This document shows positions 30,561 to 44,039 of a stretch of DNA of 64,000 nucleotides, one piece after another. Made by a program: the position numbers and the translations under genes. Position 1 is the first letter of the stretch. Each line of letters starts with the position of its first letter. A model generated the notes under the pieces. It did not search any database and was not told the origin of the DNA. It saw nothing but the letters and a program-made list of their open reading frames with translations. Origin of the DNA: the human T2T-CHM13v2.0 reference genome, Homo sapiens; NCBI RefSeq assembly GCF_009914755.1, contig NC_060945.1. One strand, 5' to 3'.

Positions 30561-30849
30561 GCTCATTCACCAGAGTCCTGACAGTGCCGAGGCCTGCACC
30601 TGCAGAGCCCCGGAGCCCTCCAGCCCGGGGAGGGAACCGAGTTCCAGTGGGGAGCGGGTAGAGCCGGTGCAGCCCTTCATTTCACAACCCCTGTAGCCTG
30701 CCTGGCCTGAGAGGAGGTCATCGGATGCACTGAGTGAACTGCTCACCAGGTCCAGGCTCCAGATCCCATGGATGACTCAGGAGAGAGGCACGGAGCACCT
30801 CGGAAGCCCGGGAGCACCCCAGTCCACCAGCTCACCATGACCACCACCC

Positions 30850-31723
30850 TCACGCTCACACACACACAGCCTCACACACATAGTCACTTACACGCTCTCT
30901 CACACACATATTCTCACTCACATACCCTCAAACACACACGGCCTCACACACATCTGCTCACACATTTACTCACACACATACACTCACACACATACTCTCA
31001 CACACACTCTCAGACCCTATACACTCACACACCCACACACATTCACTCACACACCCTCAAACACATACTCTCACACACTCACACACACCCTACACTCTCT
31101 CACACACACACACACACACACACTTGCAGACCCAATACACTCACACAGACTCACACACGCCCACACACAAATTCACTCACACACACCTTCACACACTCTT
31201 ATACTCTCACACACATTCTCAAGCACTCACACACACTCACACATACACTCACACACACTCTCATATACATACCCACACATATTCACACTCACGCACTCAC
31301 ACACATACCCAACACAAACTCACACACAAATACACATTCACATCTCCCACCCCCAAACACAAATATACACATACACGCTCACACACACTACACACACATT
31401 CTCCACCCCCACTCAAACACAAATATAAGCATACACATGTGCACACTTACACCACCTGCACATACACTCACACGCCCAACACACACACATTCCCCACTCA
31501 CACTCAAACGTAAATACATACAGATACACACACACTCCCATACACTCACATATGCTTGTACACACACTCTCACACAATCCCCACATTCACACAAAGACAT
31601 TCACACATACCACATACACAGTCACACCCCCACACACACTCAGGCACATGCACACATACACATTCACATAGCCCCCCACTCACGCATATAAACTCACACA
31701 CACTCACACTCATACACACACAC
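30850..31723. repeat. ~0.87 kb CA/CTCA-rich low-complexity array
   Basis: cacactcacacacatac modules, directly visible. Confidence 0.97.
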
Positions 31724-32089
31724 TGACTGAATCTTGGAATTCAAAACTCGGACACCGATTCCTTTTCCTTAAAGCCATTATCCCTAGATAAATGAAAGGT
31801 TCTCAGAATGAATAGCATTTCCCAGCACATTGTAAATTTCCTCAATGTGAGTGACTTCATCAGGCCCCATTATGAGAGGAGCTTGCTAGAGAGGTAGAAA
31901 GGGAGATGGGAAGTGGAGGCAGGATCTGAGATCCCTGTGGGAAGTTCTGAAAGAGGATGTCTAGGCAAAAAGAAATGAGGAGACGAAAGTCTGTGGCATC
32001 GAGGACAAATCGAGTCAATCTCCTGATTTGGTGGCCTCCACCCTGTCCGCCGGATGCTTACCCACATTGCTGCAATCGTTCTTTCATAA

Positions 32090-32305
32090 CAGGAGGCAAT
32101 GTGCCTTTCCTTAAAAGGCCAGGTAAGTAAATATTTTAGGCTTTCAGGGCCAAGAGGGAATATGGAGGATTGTGCATAGGAACTTACAGAATCATTTCAA
32201 ATTTCACCATTCAAAAAGGCAAAAACCATTCTCAGCTTGCAGGCTGCAAGAAAACAGGCAGCTGGCCAAACTTGGCCATGGCCTGCAGTTTGATGATCCT
32301 TGCTC
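32090..32305 (+). mobile_element. MER58-family element
   Basis: aaaggccagg..agtaaatattttaggcttt ... aaaaaccattctcagcttgcaggctgcaagaaaacaggc. Confidence 0.75.
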
Positions 32306-33219
32306 TAGAACCTTCCCCAAATATTGTTCATAGAATTCCAGAAACCAATGCTGCGGTCCCACTAAAGTGTTGATAAGCACTTATGCACATAAAAACTTGA
32401 TTTCTGTAAACAGTTACATACACACCACACATGGGCACTATACATAGGAAAAGACACCCTGAACCCTATCATATGGACCCAGAATGGCCAAGTCATATAG
32501 TCCAGTAAAAGTACTAGACTTAAAAAATGTATTTGGACATCTACACAAACAAGCAAGTGCTTTATAGCTTTATAAGGGGAAATAAAGTATTAGCATCAGG
32601 CTTTTTGACAGCAATGGTTTAGCCATAAGAAAATGGAGTAGCATTTAAAATATGAAAGAAAATGTAAGCCTCAGGTTTAGAGCCAACAAACTGACTTCCA
32701 TACATAAATGACACAGAAAAACTGTTATCAGCATGTGTGAGCCCTTCTTGAGGGACTTGCTAAGGAATTAACTTCAGAAAACCAGAATATCTAGTGAGGC
32801 ACCAATAAAGGTACTGGTTGCAAGCTTTAAATAGTTACTTGAATAACTAAGTCTCAATAATGTGGATTAAAACAGAAAGAGCATGGTATGTATTGCTCTG
32901 TGCCCTGGCAAAATATATATAATGTTACCGAAAAATGGGGCCAAAATGAGTACAACATCCACAAAACAATTTAATGCTTTCATTAATGATACCGGCAGTG
33001 ATAGCATTTGTATTGTTATTCTGAGACTTTTGTGTGTAAGGTGGAATGAACAAACAAGCAATTATGGGATATTTTATCATTCCCATGTCATTGAGAACCA
33101 GGGTTCTTAATCGGAAGAAAGAAGATTCAAATGTAGAATGGGAGAAGCTTGGTAAACACCCCGGAGTTTACAGTTCTATTTTGAATCCAAAGGGCCAGCA
33201 TGCACGCAGAACATTTTGC

Positions 33220-33302
33220 ACAGGGGCAGAACTCCCTGCATTGTGCTTCACCTTTACTGCACTTCTCAGACACTGCACTTTTCACAAACTGAAGGTTTGT
33301 GA
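33220..33302 (+). mobile_element. Short Tigger1-like terminal fragment
   Basis: attgtgcttcacctttactgcacttctcagacactgcacttttcacaaactgaaggtttgtg resembles the reverse complement of the Tigger1 end at ~55190-55265. Confidence 0.6.
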
Positions 33303-33396
33303 AAACTATAAACTAAACTGTACTGTCTAGGGATTCATACGAGAGGATAAAATTGTAAAGAAATACAAAAAAATTATTACAATAAAAATCAGGGGA

Positions 33397-33692
33397 GGCC
33401 AGAAGTGGTGGCTCATACCTATAATCCCAGCATTTGGGATGCCAACACAGAGAGACTACTTGAGGCCAGGAGTTTGAGACCAGCCTGGGCAACATAGCAG
33501 GACCCCATCTCTACAAAATAAAATTAAAATTAAAAAATCAACTGGGAGTGGTGGTATGTGCCTGTAAAACCACCTACTTCAGGAGGCTGAGGCAGGAGGA
33601 TCACTTGAGCCAAACAGTTCGAGGCTGCCGTGACCTATGATCATGCTACTGCACTCCAGCCTGGGCAAAAGAGTGTGACCTTGTCTATAAAA

Positions 33693-33723
<31 letters not shown>
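33397..33723 (+). mobile_element. AluJ with (TAAA)n tail in an L1ME 3' remnant
   Basis: ttgaggccaggagtttgagaccagcctgggcaacatagc; gaggctgccgtgacctatgatc. Confidence 0.9.
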
Positions 33724-33976
33724 GAAGGAAATCCAGAGGAGTGGCTACTTCAGGGAGATTTGGTATGATTGGAATGGAGAAACTCCAGGAAGGCTAGAAA
33801 AGCACCACTTTTGACCTGGGTGTTTGTTTTAAGTGCGCTCACATTATAAGTAAGTAATCTAGGCATGTGTTTTGTGCTGTTTTTGTAGAGCTCCTATATT
33901 TTACAATAAAAGTTTTTAACAAGAAAAAATAACAAGAAACCCAGTAATTTTCAAAGTTACCTTCCCCTTCAAAAAG

Positions 33977-34127
33977 GTGATCCTCTGGCCTCAGCCTTTC
34001 AACTGGTTGGGACTACAAGGACACACCAACATGCCTGGCTAAATTTTTATTGTTTGTAGAAAATGAGTTCTCTCTCTGTTGCCCAGGCTGGTTTTGAACT
34101 CCCAGGCTCAAGCAATCCTCCTACCTT
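33977..34127 (-). mobile_element. AluJ internal fragment
   Basis: gtgatcctctggcctcagcc...gcccaggctggttttgaactcc. Confidence 0.8.
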
Positions 34128-34386
34128 AATTTGTTTTTATGTACAAATTAGGGCTAAGACTTCAGAAGAAAAAAGAGGATAAATAGGCAGGATATGGCTT
34201 TGGAGGAAGAATGTAAAGCAAAAATAATTAGCATTATTTATGTCAAGCCATGTGAAGATAATTTCTTACTGAATCAATGTCATGATATTGAGGGTTAAGA
34301 TGCATATATGGTTAATGAGAGGTACTTGCAGCCAAAGTAGTTAACTTAAGCAAAAAGAATAGTGTGAGATTTAAAGTTTCTAACTA

Positions 34387-34742
<356 letters not shown>

Positions 34743-36279
34743 AGAAGTCAGACTATATATTCCAGAAATTTGGACCTTCTACTATAGTTGCTGATAGACT
34801 TGCAAATCCTATGATTTGCAAATTGGCTTACAATTTGGCTTCATAGTGATTAGTCCAACAGGATCATTGAATTAGGCCTGTCTATTCTTAGTCATGGCTG
34901 AAACTCAGTTGATTTTCAACACTATCACTCTCAGCAATCAATATTTTGTCTTATACATTTTACTTGAAATATTTATATGAAAAGGAATATGTAATAACTT
35001 TTTATACTGAAGGTTCATACTCACAGTTAAATACATTTCTAGTTAGTTGAGCAGGTATTCTACTCATGGCTAAGGCTGAAGGGTTTGCTCAAGCCATATG
35101 CCCTTTGAGAGAAGCAGGCCAGCAGGACCAAAGTGTGCTTGAGCTACCAGCAATCCAATTTACCCTATTGTCTCCTTGGATTAAGCGTCGGTTCTGCTAG
35201 CCCAGGCACATAGTTGAATTGAATTAACGAGGTTATTCAAAGCCTGAAATCACTATGATAGAGGAATGTTGTTTATTGGGTAACCTTATTCCTTATTTTA
35301 AATTAGATTTTTTTGTTTTTCCAAGGTAAATTAAAATGCTTTATTAAAATAAATAAAACATTCTTAAGAGCCTCTCAGATTACAAACACAGCACACATAC
35401 AAGAGACCTGTATTTCCTGGATCTCTGTCCAAGGGCCAAACCCACACTTTAGGACACAGATTTCTAGGGCCCCTACTACAGAGAACAGTCTTGTTGCCTC
35501 TGAGACTACAAATAAGCTTCACCCAGTAGGATGTGAAGGTGGAAGCAAGGACTCAGAAATAGAAGACGAAAATGTGGAAACAAGCCAGGTGGAATTAGAT
35601 CATATAGTGCAGAGGAAAATACTAGGGCAACTTTAAATAAACCCTTTGTAAACTCTGGGGAGAAAATGTGCAATGAAGGTGCACTTGCAGGGGTTAGCTT
35701 TTTATATTTTTTAGGTCTGACCATGAATAAAGCTTCTGAAGAGCAGAAGTGGAGCAAGAAAACTCAAGCTGAAGGCGCTCAGAAGCAGGAAGAATCTCAG
35801 TGGTCACCCAGTCCATCCTGGCCCCAGCCCACCACTCATGCAGCAGACATGAATTCTTTGCACAGCCTCTCAGGCAAGCTGTCAGTCAGTTGCTGAAGAA
35901 TAAAGATAGGGATCTCGGAGACTAAAAGGCAAACAGGTCCTGATCAGGCACTGGAAAAATTGATGAATGAAGTCAGTCTTCGTGGTTCCCAAGTTCCCTC
36001 CTCTCTGTCCTTTCTCCTCTGCAGAACAACTGCTACACTTTTTCTTTGGCCCAGTATTGACTTATATCCTGGCTGTGGGACTTTGTAGTTAATTAGAGTT
36101 TCATAATGGGATGTGCCGCCTTGTGTGATAACAAGCTTCCTGTCATGGGAAGCAACCAAGCCCAAGCTGCATGACCATGAACCAGGAACACTGCAGAAGT
36201 GTGTGGAACGGGAAAGCAGAACTGAGGCCCTCCACTCACAAATAGTAGGAGGCTCTTACAGCATCAGTTGCAGATATTG

Positions 36280-36640
36280 ATATCAATTCAGCAAATCTTT
36301 ATTGATCTTTTACAATAAGCCAGGCACTGTGCTGTCATCACCAGGAAACTGCAAGCTCAATAAGTACCAAGACCATGCATTCTTTATTCAGCATTCTAGA
36401 CTCAACCTGTTGTCTGGAACAAAGCAAGTATTCAACATTTGTGAAGTGAGTGAATGAATGAATCATTGGTACAATGCTGAATAATTGTTAACAAGGTGAT
36501 ACAATCAATTTTCTTACCCTTCAGTACCTAAGATTGACTAAATGTAAAGTGGGATTAATAATACTAACCTTTTAGGGTTATTATAAGAATTAAATTTTAA
36601 AATATAGATGCCTGCATTTGCCCATGAAAGAGCAATTGAT
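36280..36640. mobile_element. L2 ends and a MIR fragment
   Basis: attcagcaaatctttattga..ccaggcactgtgct; tgaatgaatgaat; tgtaaagtgggattaataatac. Confidence 0.55.
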
Positions 36641-37944
36641 AAAGTACTTGCACTCTTGCCATTAAAAATAACTAGAAAAACTGGAAAAATATATGAAATA
36701 AATGGACATTGGACAATACCTACCACAGGACTGTGATCCCTGATTAAAGGTGGAAACAAACAAGGTGAACACTTAAGGCTTTCTGCCTGAAGACAATTTC
36801 CAGACCACCCACTAGAGAGAGAAAACCCAAACAGATCCCAGCAACCTGCTCAACTGTGGAAAAAAAATATGTACTTCAGGAAGCTGGAGGCAGCTAGAAC
36901 TTGTACAGCAGAATACCAGAGGGAAGGAGGCTACACACACACACAAAAGTGGCTACAAAAATCTGCATCAGGAGCCCTTGAATATGAATCTGCACATATC
37001 TAGGGTGAAATTCCTTGAGACTAGGAAAAAGAACAGCTGCGGTAAAGGAAAATTATTTGTGGTAACAATAAGCTGAAAAATTCCCAGAGCTCACATATGA
37101 CTGGGAAGTTTCCAAGTTCCCACCAAGCAGTGATTATTCATTAAGTACACGGGACATTCATTACAGACACAAAAAGGGCTATGACTTAGTAGAAGGAATA
37201 AACTAGCCCTAGAAGAAAAGGCTACTCTTGACCCAATTCCATAATTAAAAAAAAAAAAAACTTGAAAGGATCAAGCAGGTCTACAAGTAACTTAACTGCC
37301 TGCTAGAACAAAGTCCAACACCTTTAAGGAATGCAACAAAATCCAGTACTCAATAGCATAAAATACAATGTCTAACTCCAGTAAGAAAAAAAAATACTAG
37401 ATATGTAAACAAGTGGGGAAATGTGACCAAGAACCAAAATAAAGAATCTATCAATGACAGCAATGACAGAAATGATGTAATTAGCTGAAAAAGACGTAAA
37501 AGAAGTTATTACTAATATTATAAATATATTCAAAGATTTAAAGAAAAACATAAATGCTAGGAGTGAGATGAAAGATATTGTTTAAAAGAACTTGTAGAGA
37601 TAAAAATATAGCATTTAAAATTAAAAATTCCCTGAATGAACGGAAGTAACAAGAGATTAGACACTGCAGTAAACTCGAAAATATAGAAATAGTACCTAAG
37701 TAAACCTGAAAATATAGAAATAGAACCTATCTAAGATAAAATGTATAGATAAAAGAGGGGTGAAAAAAATGAAGGAAATCTCAGTGAGCAGTGTGATCCT
37801 ATCAATCAGTCTCATATACAGATAATTGGTGTCCTAGAAACATAAAACAGAGAGTAAAACCAAAAAAAAAAAATTGAAAAAATAATGACTCTAAGTTTTT
37901 ACAAAATTCAAAGAAAACAAAAAAACTCAAAGATCTAAAATCTA

Positions 37945-38237
<293 letters not shown>

Positions 38238-39338
38238 TTTTTTTAAACCCACATTAGGATAAACACGAAAAAAAGCCACACCAAGGTATATCATAAGCAA
38301 ACTGCTAAAAACTGACGATAATGAGAAAAGTTGAAAACCAGCCAAAGAAACACAGAGTATATTATTAAGAAACAAAGGTAAGAAAAAGGACCTGATATAT
38401 TGGCAGAAACCAAGCAAGCCAGAGGATAATGAATCAACATCATTAAAGTACAAATCAAAACAAAAGTGACATCTCAGAAATTAATTATACGCAGCACAGA
38501 TGTTTCCAATAGTAAGGTAAAATAAAAGTGTTTCAGGACAAAAAAAGAAAAACAAGACATTTCATCTCCAGCAGACCACAGAAGAAGACATGTTAAAGAA
38601 AGTTATTCAGGTAGAATAAAAACAGGACCACATGGAAATCTCTACACAAAGAAATGAACAGCACCAGAAATTATCAATATGTGGGTGAATGTAAAATAGA
38701 TTTGTCTTATATTTTAATTTCTTTAAAAAATAGCTGTTTAAAACAAAAGTAGTGGCAATGTATTCTAGAGTTTATCACATTTAGAAGTAATATATATAAG
38801 AACAATAGCACAAACAATGAGAGAGAGAAAATGTATATATTGCTATGAGTTTCTTAAATTATGGCATAATATCATTTAAAAATAGACTTGGATGAGTTGA
38901 AGATGAATATTTCAAATGCTAGAGCAACCAAGAAAACTATTTTAAGAGCAAAACTAAAAAATATCTAGGAAGCCAGAAGAATGGCTATAGCAAAAAAGAC
39001 AGACAATAGCAAATACTGGCAAGAATGTGGAATATTTGAAGGTCTCATACATTGCTGGGGAGAAAGTAACATTGTTCTAACACTTTTGAAAAAAGTTTAG
39101 CAGTTTCTTACAAAGTTAAACATATACTTATCATATGACCCCCAATTCCACTCCTAAGAATTTACCCAAAAGGAATAAAAATGTATAACTCCATGAAGAC
39201 TTGTACATGGATGTTCATGGCAGCTTTATTCATAATAGCCAGGCACTGAAACAAACCAAATGTACAAGAGAACAGATAAACCAATGACGACACATACACG
39301 CAATGGAAATATAACTCAGTTTAAAAAGAAAGAAAAAT

Positions 39339-39454
39339 GGAAGGAAGGAAGAAGGGAGGAGAAGGGGAGGGGAGGGGAAGGGAAGGAAGGAAAGGAAGGA
39401 AGGAAGAGAGAGAGAAAAGAAAGAAAGGAAGGAAGGAAGGAAGGAAGGAAGGAA

Positions 39455-39503
<49 letters not shown>

Positions 39504-39661
39504 GAGGGAAGGAAGAAAGAAAGGAGGGAAGGAAGGAAAGGCAGGAAGAGAGAGAAAAAGAAAGAGAGAGAAAGAAAGAAAGGGAAAGAAGGAAAGAAAG
39601 GAAAGAAAGAAGAAAGAAAGAAAGAAAGGAAGGAAAGAAGAAAGGAAGGAAGGAGAAAGGG
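39339..39661 (+). repeat. Polypurine tract with (GGAA)8 and (GAAA)11
   Basis: Purine-only except one C at 39542. (GGAA)8 spans 39427-39458 and (GAAA)11 spans 39459-39502. Confidence 0.97.
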
Positions 39662-40044
39662 TATGAACTGTTGATACAAGCAACAGCTTAAATGAATCTT
39701 ATAAACACTTACTAAGCAAACATAGGCTCAAGGAACACATATTGGATGATTCCATACTTACGAAGTTCTAATAAAGATGAAAGTAATGCATGATGGCAGA
39801 AGATACAGACCTCTGCCCAGACCTGAAGCTATGAAACCCAGGGACAACAAGAACTTAAGTCCTCCCTGAGTGAAGACAGCCAGAATGTGCACCTCCTGCA
39901 CATTTGTTACAAACTGTGACTCAGTCTCACCTGTCCTGCCCGAGAGGACTGGTCTATCTCCACCTCAATGGCCTGCTGAGCCCTGGTGCTGATAGCTCTG
40001 GGTAGGATACTCAAAATGAAATTTCTTCTCTCTCCCTTAGTATC

Positions 40045-40222
40045 TTTTTTGTTTTTGTTTTTGTTTTTAAGAAATGGGGTCCTACTCTGACACCCAGGCT
40101 GGAATGCAGTGGCATGGTCATAGCTCACTACAGCCTTAATCTTCTGGGCTCAAGCAATCGTCTGCCTCTGCCTCTGCCTCCCAAGTAGCAAGGATGACAG
40201 GCATGCACCACCATGCTCGACT
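40045..40222 (-). mobile_element. AluJ right arm/FRAM
   Basis: cacccaggctggaatgcagtggcatggtcatagctcactacagcc. Confidence 0.85.
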
Positions 40223-41107
40223 CTCAGTGTCTTTTAAAGAGATGAATTGTGTTCACTGGGAGTTGCTTGAAATTGTGTTATGCAGATGAAAGAGTTTCTA
40301 TTGCCTAGATGGGCTCATTCAGGGAGCCTTTGATTTCAGTTATTAAGTGCAGAGGGGCTTCAAGAGACCCCCTACAAAGAAATATACACTTATCCTTCCC
40401 CCTGGAAGGAATATGCTCATCTGAGGGGTCAGACTTGGCACTCAGGGTTTCCAATTAAGCCCTGATTGCATGCCTGAGCCAGCTACTTCCGAAGGTAATC
40501 AAACCTCTCTCACTGTTTTGTTGAAAGTGGCTTAAGCGGAAAGGAAACAGCAGACAAGAGCACAAAGTCAGCAGGTGCATCTCTCAGCTTTGACCAGTTC
40601 ACTGAACTCCCAGAGAAGACCTCCTAATATCAGAGAAGGAATTCTGGGGGGAAAAAAATAAAACAGAAAAGCAAGCATTGCTTGGCTCACATCAAGACAA
40701 AAGCAGCTTCCTTTGTAGCAGGAGAGACAGCTGCTGATGCAAATGCCACATGGACTGTAATTTTGGAAAACTTGCCTGTTTGAAGAGGCTGTTGTGAGAG
40801 TGTTGATAATGCTTATAAAGATCGAGTTGCCTTAATTCATGGAGGGCCATTGCTAGTATTGGGGATGAAAATTATTTACTTTTTAGTTACAGAATTGATT
40901 GTCTTTATTCTCTTTTAAAATACACAAGGTTTTTGTTACTCTTTTCTTCAAGGTGACCATATGTCTTTCAATTCATGGCAAGGTGACCATAGGTCATTCA
41001 ATTTACTCAGTAGCTTAGCCACTAATAGCCCAGAATAGGCAACATCTCTGCCAGGTTTCCCAGCCCCACTGGGATCAGGCCACAGGAAACAAGTCCTGAT
41101 CCTCAAT

Positions 41108-41964
<857 letters not shown>

Positions 41965-43189
41965 ACTTGAGGACACAAAGGAAAGGTACAAGGACCCTGA
42001 CCACCCTCAGTGGCATCAGCGGCCTCCTTCATGTGGGCTGACGGTCACTGACATTTAGAAATACAAGAAATGGCCTTTCCCCACCCACCAGCAAGGTTGG
42101 TTACCTCTTCTCAGCCTTTCAGTAGCTCATTCCAAACAATATGTTTTTGAAATAGGAATGCCATTTGTCAGGCCCATGCTCCATTTTGGCAAAGGCATAG
42201 AAAAATAGAAACTAAACTTGAGGATAACATTTAAGCTTCTAACAGACCATATTCTGGAAGTCACACATTAAGTCTAATTGGGGGGAAACACGTGGTCCTA
42301 TCTTCCAAATATCAATGCAAATCAGAAGTGGACCTTGAAGAGTGAACAAAACTGTGAATTTTCTCTAACTGGAGGCTGCTAAAGCAAGAGGAGATGTTTT
42401 CCCCGCAGGAACCAAGGTCTAGAACATACTCTCTTAAGGTAAGACTTGAGGAAGTGATCGAGATGACTAGAAATAGGAAAAATCCACCTTTTCAGACTCA
42501 AAATGTGAGTAGACATGAGTTGTAGAGACACATAGTTTTTCTCCCACATCATCTGATGGGTCAATATGCCCCAGGACGTAGATGGTGCAAGAACGTCTTG
42601 TAAGAGAAGAGTGTTTACAGTGGTATAGAAACAAGAACGCCTCACATGCAAGCAGAACGTGAAGGAGCTCAACTATATGCTATTTCTACCCCCAGCCTCC
42701 CTCCTGTCTGGTGTTTCACAATTGGGTTGAAGGAAGTTAGCAGGTAACCTGCTCACCATCACCGGCTTCTCTTCTGCACACTGGCAGACATCACCAGCTG
42801 ATCACAGTGCCCCACTGGCCCAACCTGGCCCCAGTCCCATAATTCTCAACACATTTACTAGCAATCAAGACTAGACCTGGACTCTCCAGATAACCTACAT
42901 GCCAGTCCTGAGGGGAAGTATACTATCTGTGGAGATCTCTTGGTCCAGCATAAAAATTGTCAAGGAAAATATTTGCCCTCCAGGTCTTTCACACAGTGGT
43001 ACTTCCAGTTCAGCACCATCAATCCGTAAAGAGGTTGCAAAGTAGCAGGGCAGAGACAGCTAAGGAGGCGTGGACAGGCTTGCTCCATGGGCTGTGTCCA
43101 GGTCCAGGTGCCAAGTGGGGATTCCTGAGCAGCCCAAGCAGGGCAGGATTTAGAAAGGAAAAGAAGGGAGAACAGAAGAGTAGGAGGAA

Positions 43190-43710
43190 GCCGTGGAAGA
43201 CAAGCTTCCCAACCTCACGGTTTCGCCCAGCGCCGGCCTCCCTTTTAATGCAGAAAGTGCCAGGAGTCTCTCCTCCCCCTTAGCCACGTGAATCCTCCTC
43301 TTCCCCACATGAACCTCACATGACCCCTAGTCCCCAGGGCTTGCCATCACTTCTGTTGCTATGGAAACCTGTGGCCTCATCCAGCAACAGCCTCACGGTT
43401 TTAGTGAGTGAAACCGTGTAACCGCTGCCCATCGGTTACAAAGTCTCAACAGCAGCCCGGTGCTTACAGGCTCTGCTGAGGTCATGATTTTTCATTAAGA
43501 CTTGTTTGCTCTGTTACTAGGGAGAAATGGCATGCGGATCCCGGCTGAGGGGCACAGAGTTCATTTAATAGCACCTCATTTAGAGGAAAGCCCAATTGCT
43601 GAGCTTTTGGAGTGTGAACAGCACAATACAGTCTGGTAGGCACCTCCCTCTGGCCCCACCTCCAGGTCCCAGAGAACAACATGCTCCCTGAGAACTGGCA
43701 GTTAGATCTG
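43190..43710. promoter_or_regulatory. Candidate RFX/MYB regulatory element (promoter or enhancer)
   Basis: X-box GTTGCTATGGAAAC at 43355-43368. MYB-type TAACCG, CGGTTA and TGGCAGTTAG. E-box CACGTG at 43285-43290. About 13 CpGs in 43181-43560. No repeat recognised. Confidence 0.5.
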
Positions 43711-44039
43711 GAGCTAGAGGAAAGGGTGAATAAAATGCCTTTCTAAGAAAGCTCGCTCTTCCTCACCACATGCATGCACATTCACACTAGACTGTCTTTT
43801 TCCCCTCCCTTCTCATCTGGATACTTGATGTCAAAGGTGAATTTGGGGGCTGGATCATTCTTTACATTGTTGTAATATTATCTAATTCATTTCTCACATT
43901 GGAAAACTAAATACGGTAAATAATAGCACACTAGGGAATGGATCAAAAATAATAATGAATGTCAAATGATTGCAGATATTGACAATGTGTAGAACAATAT
44001 GCACATGAAAAGGTGAAAAAGCAGCTTATTTGTGTGTTG

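Noticed and set aside
30768-31691. 307-aa ORF, the longest in the window
   Set aside because: About 90% lies in the CA-rich array. It has no domain and no splice context.
35313-35636. 107-aa ORF with an acidic stretch in unique DNA
   Set aside because: It has a non-ATG start, no recognisable family and no convincing flanking splice sites.
39230-39691. Lys/Glu/Arg-rich and Phe/Leu/Ser-rich ORFs (also at 51759-52316 and 60154-60512)
   Set aside because: They are translations of GGAA/GAAA microsatellites.
43009-43019. REST/RE1 left half-site TTCAGCACCAT
   Set aside because: No GGACAG right half at canonical spacing.
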